A stretch of DNA of 64,000 bases, from NCBI GenBank assembly GCA_030390025.1, contig CM059425.1, positions 164,426,001 to 164,490,000 of the forward strand, in the 5' to 3' direction. A model generated the notes under the pieces. The model searched no databases. It was not told where the DNA came from and saw only the letters and a program-made list of their open reading frames with translations. Below are positions 41,301 through 53,300 of the stretch, in pieces. The DNA is from Squalus acanthias. Lineage: Eukaryota. Within the stretch, counting starts at the first letter, position 1; each line of letters starts with the position of its first letter. Position numbers and translations under genes: made by a program.

Positions 41301-44300
41301 TGTGTGAAAAACAAACTAATTCACAAAAACAGATTTTAAATTCACCAATCAGTGATTGTAGAAACTAAAGTCATAATTATCCCACTTCACACTCCCAGTG
41401 TCGAGGCTGCCCTCCAGGAGGAGGAAGTTGGGAAATTTCCGCTTCAGTGTAAGCAGCAGTTGCTTGGGTTGTTTCAGTAACATATTTCACCGCTGTCAGA
41501 ATATGTTTCCGCTGAGGTTTGTCACAAATTGAAAAAATGTCTTTTATCTTTTTAAAGGGTAAAGATGCCTTTGACCTGCTTTCAGAAATGCTCCCATCAG
41601 AGGCACCAGACAATTCAGCTCCTAAATACACTGGTCCTGCAGTGAAGGTACAAATGAAAATTGTCTCCTAATACTTTTAGGGGTAGAAAACAGTATCGCC
41701 TCGCTTGAGGCGCAATTATCGACTAGGCGCAAAGTTTAGTGCCTGCCGCTAACTATCACCTCCGACTGCAAACTTGGCTTCTAACGCCCCTGGAGGTAAT
41801 TGGAGCCCTAAGTCAGATGCTAAACACCTTTTAAGGCGCTAACACCGAGCAGTGAGTCGCTACCTCAGAGTGCTGGCGAAACTCATGTGATGTCAGTCAG
41901 CAATGGAACACAGACACACTGGCGCCGGCCAGTTCTTAAAGGGGAGGGTCGATCTTGCTCTCCATCCACATCCTGCTCATTGCAGTCTTGAATCCCGGCC
42001 TGGAGAGACCTGTACATCAATTCTGCTGGAAAGAACAATGGAGAGTCCCAGGGAAAGAGCTCAGAGTGCAGACCCCAAGTCTCTTCTAAATCGATGCGAG
42101 AATGGTGAAATCAAAATGAACCTGCAAAGTGCTGCTCAGTACCCAAAACTCCTTCACACAGCATTGAATCTCTCCAGATGTCTGTCTCTCTCAGAATGCG
42201 TGGTGTAAAAATGTCGCCGACAAAAAAAGGTAGGAAGCGGTCGCCTTTAAATAACGCTCCCTCAGTCTCATCCCGACTGCAAAACGTTCCCCTCAACCTG
42301 TCGTTGCTAGCAGCAGGCGGAAAGGCAGTGTGCGCCACTCGATATCCGATCCGGGGCGTTGCACGCGCGACTGACGTCATTATCTGTGGGCGCAGGAGAC
42401 CGCGGCGGTAGTGTTTAGCGCCACCGCAACATGTTTGGTCAATTTCGCGAGCGGTGCAAACATCGCCGCGCCCGGGCGCTTGTTGCTTTGTGACCCATTA
42501 GCGCCCTCGGGACGTGCAAAGCAACCGAATTTTCCACCCTAGTGTTTGAGCAACATTCCTGTTACTGCATCATATGTTTGGTTTCTTGGTAGAGCTGACA
42601 TACATCTGTACACATGAAATCAGTCTGTTGGTAACGCTGTCCTGTCCCCAGTCCAAACAACAACAACTTGCATTGATATAGTGCACTTAACGTAGTAAAA
42701 TGTCCCATGGCACTTTACAGGAGTGCTTTAAACAAAATTTGACACCGAGCCACATAAGGAGATATTAGTGCAGGTGACCAAAAGCCTGTTGAAAGAGGTA
42801 GATTTTAAGGAGCGTCTTAAAGGAGGAGAAGGAGGTAGAGAGGCAGAGAGGCTGAGAGAAGGAATTCCAGAGCCTTCTCTGTCAACTGCTATAGGCTTTT
42901 ACAGGCAGCTTTTTCAGTGTCTTGAATCATTTGATAAATGTTGAGTTGATTCACTTAACTCCAGTTATCATTTTACTGAAGCACAGAATATGGACATTCA
43001 ATCTTAATATTTACGTGAATTTTGGTTTTGAATAATTATATTTCTCATATTTTCAGGAATCAGATGCTACTAAGAAGAAAGCTGAACGAGTGGGAGAAAC
43101 TGAAGGATCTATCCCACCTGATTACAGATTTAAAGAGCAACCTGATCCGAAGGTTCGATCCAACAATCACTTTGAGCCAAGTCAATAATTGTTTCAATAA
43201 TTTTGTATTTTCAAAATGTATCCATGTATAGAACATCGAGAAAAAATTCTACAACAGTCTAATGTAAAAAACAAACACTTAGATAATGTTGTTGCAATAG
43301 TAGAAATGATGCTGATATCATAGGTCCTAATGAATCTGACAGAGAATTACAAGAGAGAAATTGCTGAATAATTAAAACTGAAATCAGTGCACACCAATAC
43401 CCTCCATTGATTAATCCTGCTGCATAATAACTAAATGCCTTTGCAGTTCAACTTATTGATCAACTGAGGTTCACACAGACGTCATGCATCAATGCGTTCT
43501 AGAATGCTGAAGTATTTTGCTATATTTATATTAGAAGGTTGTGGGTTGAAGTCGCACTCCAGGGACTTGAGCACTAAAATCTAGGCTGACTCTCCAGTGC
43601 AGTATGAGGGAGTGCTGCACTGTCGGAGGTGCCGTCTGTTGGATGAGACGTTAAACCTAGGCCCCGTCTGCTCTCTCAGGTGGACGTAAAAGATCCAGTG
43701 GCACTATTTCGAAGAAGAGTAACGGTGTTATCCCCCAATGTCCTGGCCAATATTTATCCCTAAATCAGCATCACTAAAAAAAACAGATTATCTGGTCATT
43801 ATCACATTGCTGTTTGTGGGAGCTTGCTGTGTGCAAATTGCCTGCCATGTTTCCTACATTACAACAGGGTCTACACTTCCAAAAAGTACTTCATTGGCTG
43901 TAAAGCGCTTTGGGACGTCCGGTGGGTGTGAGAGGCGCTATATAAATGAAAGCTTTTCTTTCTATCTTGCTGCTTTACCAGCTGCTTTCAATTCTAAATA
44001 ATGTTGATGCCTCGAAGAAAAATCTGATGAAGTTTGTTTCTTGCAACAGGGTAAAGGTAAACTGGCCTCTTCAGCCACTGTTCCAGGAGCAAAACCAAAG
44101 GTAACAGAGAAGGTAAAACTCAAATATTTTTGTTGTTGAAGGAGCATTTGGTTCCCTGCAGTAAAACTCTTCAGGTCACCATTCCATAAATCAATGACAT
44201 TTATGCCCTTATTATATTCAAGGCAGTGATGGAAATTTGTTAAAGGATACCTCTTCACTTAGTGCCAGGGTTAGGATCAGCAGTGATACTCCAGTTATTG

Positions 44301-47300
44301 TCCAAGATTGGAGGACCCCACACTCACACATTCTAAGATTAGGCAGAAACAAAAAATGGTGAGCGTGTGTGGCTTCCTACTTATTGTTGGGCAGCAGGAT
44401 AAGAGAAACATAAAAGTACTTGCAACATAAGGAATGTCAGAGTTGAGAAAAGGAAATTTGGCTCATCATTAACTCATTCCCATCCCTTCTCCTACCCTCA
44501 GAGCATTTTCTTTGTGTTTCTTTAACTATCAGAATGAAAAAATATTTGAAAACATCGGAGCGTTAAAAAAAGTAAAAACAGAAAATGCTGGAGAAACTCA
44601 GCAGATCAGGCAGCATCTGTGAAGAGAGAAACAGAGTTAACGTTTCAGGTCAATGACCTTTCGTCAGAACTGGAAAAAAGCAGGAACTGGAACAGATTTT
44701 TAAACAAGTGTAGAGGCTGGGAAAGGGGGGAGGGGGATGAAAGAACAAAAGGGAAGGTCTGTGATAGGATAGAAGTTAAGAGACATTAAGAGATATTCAA
44801 GGCAAAAGGAGATGGTAATGGGACAGGTTAAGAAACAAAGGATGGCTCTAGATGAAGTGTAAATTGCGCTGGCAGAATGAAGGACAGCTGCCATGTGGGG
44901 GAGAAAAAAAAAAGACAGACAAAGAGTGTGGATAAAAAAAAAATATATATATATGATGGGGGCCGAGGTTATGATCTGAAATTGTTGAACTCTATGTTGA
45001 GTCCGGAAGGCTGTAAAGTGCCTAATCGAAAGATGAGGTGCTGTTCCTCGAGCTTACGCTGAGCTTCCGTGGAATAATGCAAGAGGCCGAGGACGGTGAG
45101 GTCTGAGTGGGAGTGGAGCGGTGAATTAAAGTGACAGGCCACCGGAAGCTCGGGGTCCCCCTTACGGACTGAACGGAGGTGTTCCGCAACGCGGTCACCC
45201 AATCTGCATTTGGTCTCCCCAATGTAGAGGAGACCACATTGTGAGCAGCGAATACAGTATACTAAATTGCAAGAAGTGCAAGTAAATCGCTGTTTCACCT
45301 GGAAGGGGTGTTTGGGGCCCTGGACAGTGGGAAGGGGGGGAGGTATAAGGGCATGTGTTGCATCTCCTGCGCTTGCCCGGGGAGGTGCAGGGCGAAGGGG
45401 AAGGGGTGCTGGGCGTGATAGAGGAGTGGACTAGGGTGTTGCGGAGAGAGCGGTCCCTATGGAATGCTGAAAGGGGAGGTGAGGGGAAGATGCGTTTGGT
45501 GGTGGGATCACGCTGGAGGTGGCGGAAATGGCAGAGGATGATCCGTTGAATGTGGAGGCTGGTGGGGTGAAAGGTGAGGACAAGGGGAACTCTGTCATGG
45601 TTCCGGGTGGGAGGGGCAGGGGTGAGGGCAGAAGTGCGAGAGATAGAACAAGGGCCGTGTCAACCACAGTAGAGGGGAATCCTCGGTTGAGGAAAAAGGA
45701 AGACATGTCAGAAGCACTGGTATGGAAGGTGGCATTGTCAGAGCAGATGCGGCGGAGACGGAGAAACTGGGAGAATGGAATAGAGTCCTTACAGGAGGCG
45801 GGGTGGGAGGAAGTGTAGTCCAGGTAGCTGTGGGAGTTAGTGGGCTTGTAGTGAATGTTTATCAATAACCTATCCCCAGAGATGGAGACGGAGAATTCGA
45901 GGAAGGGAAGGGAAGAGTCGGAGATGGACCATGTGAAGGTAAGGGAAGGGTGGTAATTGGAAGCAAAGTGAATGAAATTATCTAGTTCAGGGCGAGAGCA
46001 GGAAATGGCACCAATACAGTCATTAATGTACCGGAAAAAGAGGTGAGGGAGGGGACCCGAGTAGGACTGGAACAAAGAGCGTTCCACATATCCCACGAAA
46101 AGGCAGGCATAGCTAGGACCCATGCGGATTCCCATAGCAACACCTTTGATTTGGAGGAAGTGAGTGGAGTCAAAGGAGAAGTTGTTCAATGTGAGAACAA
46201 GTTCAGCCAGGCGGAGGAGGGTGGTGGTGGATGGGGACTGGTTGGGCCTCTATTCAAGGAAGAAGCGGAGCACCCTCAAGCCATCCTGGTGGGGGATGGA
46301 GGTGTAGAGGGAGTGTACGTCCATAGTGAAAACGAGGCGGTTGTGGCCAGGAAACTGGAAACTGTTAAAGTGGCGGAGGGCGTCGGAAGAGTCACGGATG
46401 TAGGTGGGAAGGGACTGGACAAGGGGAGAAAAAAGAGTCGAGATAGGAAGAGATAAGTTTCCTGGCCCCAACCGCCTCCTCTGTTACATTTCCTGCTTTT
46501 TTCCAGTTCTGACGAAAGGTCATCGACCTGAAACGTTAACTCTGTTTCTCTCTTCACAGATGCTGCCTGACCTGCTGAGTTTCTCCAGCATTTTCTGTTT
46601 TTATTTCAAATTTCCAGCATCTGCAGTATTTTCTTTTTGTAGCAGGGTTAATATAGTTTTGCACAAGTTCCAGTTTCCAGATTTTGTAAATTTAATGATT
46701 AAACTCCGCTCCATTTAGACAAAATGGCATCTCACTATTTCTCTTTCGTACTGACTATTATTCTTTAATTGCACATTGGTTCTCTCTGTGATTTCCAATG
46801 TCAGCGGCGATGTTTTATGGAAATGTAAAGTACAGGTCTAACTAAACCCATCAGAAGGACGGAACTGTGTGAGATTATTCACCACTCTCTCTTGCATGTT
46901 CCAGAAGTGGCATTGACAGACGTCACCTCCCCATCCTTTCCATTGGATAACATGACATGTGAGAACCTAAAGGGAGGGAAGGAAAATTGTGCAGTTAAAG
47001 GCCATTGCTACTAATGTAGTTCCTTCTGAATTAGTGCTTCAATATTGAGGATTTGAGGCCTTTGTATATGTGTTCTTGAAATATCTTTGAGATGGTTTAA
47101 CTACATTTATCGTATTGTTATTACAGAGTATGGCAGAAGGTGACATCCTGGATACTCTGTCAGCAGACTTTGTCAGCAGCTCTCCAGCTCAAATTTCAAA
47201 ATGCTCAGTTGAAACTTCTCGTGCTACACCACCGCTCTCTATGCAGGAAGAGGTATGGCTCCTATCATAAACTGTTAGAGACTGAAGGTGGAGAGGGTTG

Positions 47301-50300
47301 GGAATTCTTCGGGCCTCGTCCTGCTTCTGGTGTTGCAATCTGATTGGTCATGTGATTATCTCTAACCAATCAGAGCACATGGTTTACAGAGAATAATAAG
47401 GAAAGAAAAAGGGTAGATTTTGAAACTGTGTTTGACAGTGTAAAACGGGTGGTAGTGAATCGGCAGCCTACTTTACATCGTTCACTTTTTTATTTCCTTT
47501 GCCTTCAATGGAAATAAAAATCGGGAGAGGTGTTAAACAGGCTGCTAATTCACAACCAGCCATTTTACAGTATCGCACAAAGTCAAAATCTACCCAAAGA
47601 CTCTACAATGCCACCCTCAATCATTTAGTTACAAAGATGCAATTTTTTTTAGTAGAAGCAGCAAAATATATTTTGTAAATTATGCTTTTTTTCTGTGGAT
47701 TTTTTACCCTCAAATTAGGACACACATTTCCTTAGTCCGATTTCACCCCATTTTCTCCTCTTCGATATCTATGAGGCCAGAAATTAATTGTTAGTTTATC
47801 GGAGAGGGGCACAGCAGGGAGCCAATGACGACACGCTTACTGTTCCTCTCACTTTGCTTGGTACAAACCCGGCAGTTAAACAGAGATTGCACCCACGGGG
47901 CCACCTTCCAGTTCTGACCCTGGCGGAGATTATAGGGAGTTAGCTTGATTAGCATTGGACCAGTGATCACCTGCAGCAGTACAGCTGGATCTCAGGCACC
48001 CACCTCCCCCGTGCTGCTGTAAACTGTTGTCTGCCAGCTGCCTTCACCCCAAATAATGGGGGCCAATAGATACATTTGAGAATGTTCTTTCCACCTCTTT
48101 GGAGGTCCTGTCCACTTCTCTACCCTGTATTGTTTTCGCCCAATGGTGCCCAATCCTGTCCTTCTGCAGGCCAGAACGCCTCCAGTTGGCAGTCTTAAAG
48201 CGGGCCATATATGTGCCAGGGAAGTGTGAACTCACAGCATGGGCACTCCTTGCTCCAGCCTTGCTCCGGCTGACATAACTCGCTTTTTTGGGAGTGGCCA
48301 ACTGCTCTGTCCCTTATAAGGCAAAGTGGAAATTTTCATTCGCGGTCAGGACACAGCATATTCAAATCCATATGAAAAATATGCCTTAATCATGTATTTA
48401 TGTTTTAGATGTTTTCAAGCTTTCCCTACTTTAGGTGATCAGGTACAGTGGCATCTTTGGTCTCAATGACAACAGATTGGATGTAACTAGATTGTACTTG
48501 TGAAGACATCTGGCACTCATTCTAATCTCAAGTTGTGTGAAATGACTGTTGTCTTGCCAGCATTAGAATGGGATAATGATGCTCCTACTGCAATACGAAG
48601 CAAAATAATTGAAGGATAGATTCACAGCTCTTCACTTGAATTTACTGAAGCCATTTTTCAGCTGAGGCATGAAGTAAAGTGTGGAGGCAGTGAGTTGGGA
48701 ACAAGATTGGGACTAGAAGTGGAATGGGAATTTAAAATATCAAATTGTGACTTTCAGATCTGCCAGAATATAAGGAGTGTTAGCTAATTCCTTTACCACC
48801 GTCGCAAGTATATTTTGTTTAAAAATAAAAGCTTGAGTTTGTTCTGCCCAAATGGAGAAGCCAACATCAAAATCTGAGGCAATTGTGGGGTTTGCAGTTT
48901 TTTCAAATCAGGTCAGCAAACTATCTAAAAGCAAGTATTCAGTGTAAGGAGAGTTGAAAAAAATTCTAACTTTATAAGTTGTACTATACTTGCAACAGAA
49001 AACTCCAGCACTATGTGCTTGTAGAATAATAAAAATTGCTGTCCAGTTTAATCTTAATAAAGTTGTGTAAAAACAATCAAAGCAATTAGTAACTTTCATA
49101 GTCCGTGCTGTAAACCGCAGTGGTTTACAGATTGCAGTAAATCCCCTTCCCTTCAGATTAGTCAACTAGTTGACATCTTATTCCATTTAACAGAGTTCTG
49201 AAGGATATTGCTTGTTTGCTGGATCTCAAATTTAATTTAAGTTTACAACTGATATAATCTCACATTGAAGATCTTCCAGTAAAGGTGGTAGAAATTGTTC
49301 TGGAAACCTGGTGTAGCCGAGGACGAACAAGTGAAACTGAAATAATAATTGAAATGATCATTTCTGTCTTACGAAGGTATCTGTGAAAGCTTCGACAGCT
49401 GCCTCAGTTTCTTCAAGTCAAAGTGATGCTAAGGTAAGTGAAAAAGAGTAAAATGTGAAATACATGGCAACTGACAATGACAGCAAAGGAACTGCACAAA
49501 CAAACCGATTTAGGACACCTTCGCAGATCATTCATCAAATGTCTTTCAGATATCAAAACAGAGCAGTTCTGAACTCAATAACCCAACCTGTGTTTCCCAT
49601 ATTCCCAAAAGTCATCCTTCAATTCAGCAAAATCATCTCATACTTTAGCCAAATCCAGGCTGCAGGAATAATCCCATCACACCCTTCCAGAAGCAGACCA
49701 AACTCTCAACAATGCTTCCAGTCTTTTATTCCAAACATCATCACAACTGTCTGATCTTTGCCTGCACCGTGCTTCCCCACATGTGTGAAACACAAACTAA
49801 TTCACAAAAACAGATTTTAAATTCACCAATCAGTGATTGTAGAAACTAAAGTCATAATTATCCCACTTCACACTCCCAGTGTCGAGGCTGCCCTCCAGGA
49901 GGAGGAAGTTGGGAAATTTCCGCTTCAGTGGAAGCAGCAGTTGCTTGGGTTGTTTCAGTAACATATTTCACCGCTGTCAGAATATGTTTCCGCTGAGGTT
50001 TGTCACAAATTGAAAAAATGTCTTTTATCTTTTTAAAGGGTAAAGATGCCATTGACCTGCTTTCAGAAATGCTCCCATCAGAAGCACCAGACAATTCAGC
50101 TCCTAAATACACTGGTCCTGCTGTAAAGGTACAAATGAAAATTGTCTCCTAATACTTTCAGTCTTTGAATAAGATTCCTGTTACTGCATCATATGTTGTT
50201 CGGTTTCTTTGTAGAGCTGATATACATCTGTACACATGAAATCAGTCTGTTGGTAACGCTGTCCTGTCCCCAGTCCAAACAACAACAACTTGCATTGATA

Positions 50301-53300
50301 TAGTGCACTTAACGTAGTAAAATGTCCCAAGGTGCTTCACAGGAGTGTTTTCAACAAAATATGACACCGAGCCACCAAAGGAGATATTAGGGCAGGTGAC
50401 CAAAAGCCTGTTGAAAGAGGTAGATTTTAAGGAGCGTCTTTAAGGAGGAGAAGGAGGTAGAGAGGCTGAGAGAAGGAATTCCAGAGCCTTCTCTGTCAAC
50501 TGCTCTAGGCTTTTACAGGCAGCTTTTTCAGTGTCTTGAATCATTTGATAAATGTTGATTTGATTCACTTAACTCCAATTATCATTTTACTGAAGCACAG
50601 AATATGGACATTCAATCTTAATATTTACGTGAATTTTGGTTTTGAATAATTATATTTCTCATATTTTCAGGAATCAGATGCTACTAAGAAGAAAGCTGAA
50701 CGAGTGGGAGAAACTGAAGGATCTATCCCACCTGATTACAGATTTAAAGAGCAACCTGATCCGAAGGTTCGATCCAACAATCACTTTGAGCCAAGTCAAT
50801 AATTGTTTCAATAATTTTGTATTTTCAAAATGTATCCATGTATAGAACATCGAGAAAAAATTCTACAACAGTCTAATGTAAAAAACAAACACTTAGATAA
50901 TGTTGTTGCAATAGTAGAAATGCTGCTGATGATATAGGTCAAAATGAATCTGACAGAGAATTACAAGAGAGAAATTGCTGAATAATTAAAACTGAAATCA
51001 GTGCACACCAATACCCTCCATTGATTAATCCTGCTGCATAATAACTAAATGCCTTTGCAGTTCAACTTATTGATCAACTGAGGTTCACACAGACGTCATG
51101 CATCAATGCGCTCTAGAATGCTGAAGTATTTTGCCATATTTATGTCACAATGTCCGCCATGGTCAGTTGGTAGCTCCCTCGCCTCTGAATCAGAAGCTTG
51201 CGGGTTCAAGTCGCACTCCAGGGACTTGAGCACAAAAATCTAGGCTGACTCTCCAGTGCAGTATGAGGGAGTGCTGCACTGTCAGAGGTGCCGTCTGTCA
51301 GATGAGACGTTAAACCAAGGTTCCGTCTGCTCTATCGGGTGGACGTAAAAGATCATATGGCACTATTTCGAAGAAGAGCAGGCGAGTTAGCCCCAGTGTC
51401 CTGGCCAATATTTATCACTAAATCAAAAAGATTATCTGGTTATTATCACATTGCTGTTTGAGGGAGCTTGCTGTGCGCAAATTGCCTGCTGCGTTTCCTA
51501 CATTACAGCAGTGACTACACTTCAAAAAGTACTTCATTGGCTGTAAAGCGCTTTGGGACGTCCGGTGGGTGTGAAAGGCGCTATATAAATGAAAACTTTT
51601 CTTTCTACCTTGCTGCTTTACCAGCTGCTTTCAATTCTAAATAATGTTGATGCCTCGAAGAAAAATCTGATGAAGTTTGTTTCTTGCAACAGGGTAAAGG
51701 TAAACTGGCCTCTTCAGCCACTGTTCCAGGAGCAAAACCAAAGGTAACAGAGAAGGTAAAACTCAAATATTTTTGTTGTTGAAGGAGCATTTGGTTCCCT
51801 GCAGTAAAACTCTTCAGGTCACCATTCCATAAATCAATGACATTTATGCCCTTATTATATTCAAGGCAGTGATGGAAGTTTGTTAAAGGATACCTCTTCA
51901 CTTAGTGCCAGGGTTAGGATCAGCAGTGATACTCCAGTTATTGTCCAAGATTGGAGGACCCCACACTCACACATTCTAAGATTAGGCAGAAACAAAAAAT
52001 GGTGAGCGTGTGTGGCTTCCTACTTATTGTTGGGCAGCAGGATAAGAGAAACATAAAGGTACTTGCAACATAAGGAATGTCAGAGCTGAGAAAAGGAAAT
52101 TTGGCTCATCAAAAACTCATTCCCATCCCTTCTCCTACCCTCAGAGCATTTTCTTTGTGTTTCTTTAACTATCAGAATGAAAAAATATTTGAAAACATCG
52201 CAGTGTTAATATAGTTTTGCACAAGTTCCAGTTTCCAGATTTTGTAAATTTAATGGTTAAACTCCGCTCCATTTAGACAAAATGGCATCTCATTATTTCT
52301 CTTTCGTACAGATGTACTGAGGTACTGACTATTAGTCTTTAATTGCACATTAGTTCTCTCTGTGATTTCCAATGTCAGCGGCGATGTTTTATGGAAATGT
52401 AAAGTACAGGTCTAACTAAACCCATCAGAAGGACGGAACTGTGTGAGATTATTCACCACTCTCTCTTGCATGTTCCAGAAGTGGGATTGACAGACGTCAC
52501 CTCCCCATCCTTTCCATTGGATAACATGACATGTGAGAACCTAAAGGGAGGGAAGGAAAATTGTGCAGTTAAAGGCCATTGCTACTAATGTAGTTCCTTC
52601 TGAATTAGTGCTTCAATATTGAGGATTTGAGGCCTTTGTATATGTGTTCTTGAAATATCTTTGAGATGGTTTAACTACATTTATCATATTGTTATTACAG
52701 AGTATGGCAGAAGGTGACATCCTGGATACTCTGTCAGCAGACTTTGTCAGCAGCTCTCCAGCTCAAATTTCAAAATGCTCAGTTGAAACTTCTCGTGCTA
52801 CACCACCGCTCTCTATGCAGGAAGAGGTATGGCTCCTATCAGAAACTGTTAGAGACTGAAGGTGGAGAGGGTTGGGAATTCTTCGGGCCACTTCCTGCTT
52901 CTGGTGTTGCAATCTGATTGGTTAGAGATAATCACATGACCAGTCAGAGCACATGGTTTACAGAGAATAATAAGGAAAGAAAAAGGGTAGATTTTGAAAC
53001 TGTGTTTGACAGTGTAAAACGGGTGGTAGTGAATCACCAGCCCGCTTTACATCGTTCACTATTTTTTATTTCCTTTGACTTCAATGGAAATCAAAATCGG
53101 GAGAGGTGTTAAACAGGCTGCTAATTCACAACCAGCCATTTTACAGTATCGCACAAAGACAAAATCTACCCAAAGACTCAACAATGCCAACCGCAGTCAT
53201 TTAGTTATAAAGATGCAATTTTTTTTAGTCGAAGCAGCAAAATATATTTTGTAAATTATGCTTTTTTTCTGTGGATTTTTTACCCTCCAATCAGGACACA

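Larger units (their letters stand above)
44567..46641 (-). mobile_element. Penelope-like element, family P1 (RT + GIY-YIG on -) with an inverted copy of its 3' terminus at ~46470-46641
   Basis: QIKGVAMGIRMGPSYA, FFRYINDC, LYIGETK motifs; terminal ~130 bp inverted; degenerate TSD ggagcgttaa / gcagggttaa. Confidence 0.92.
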
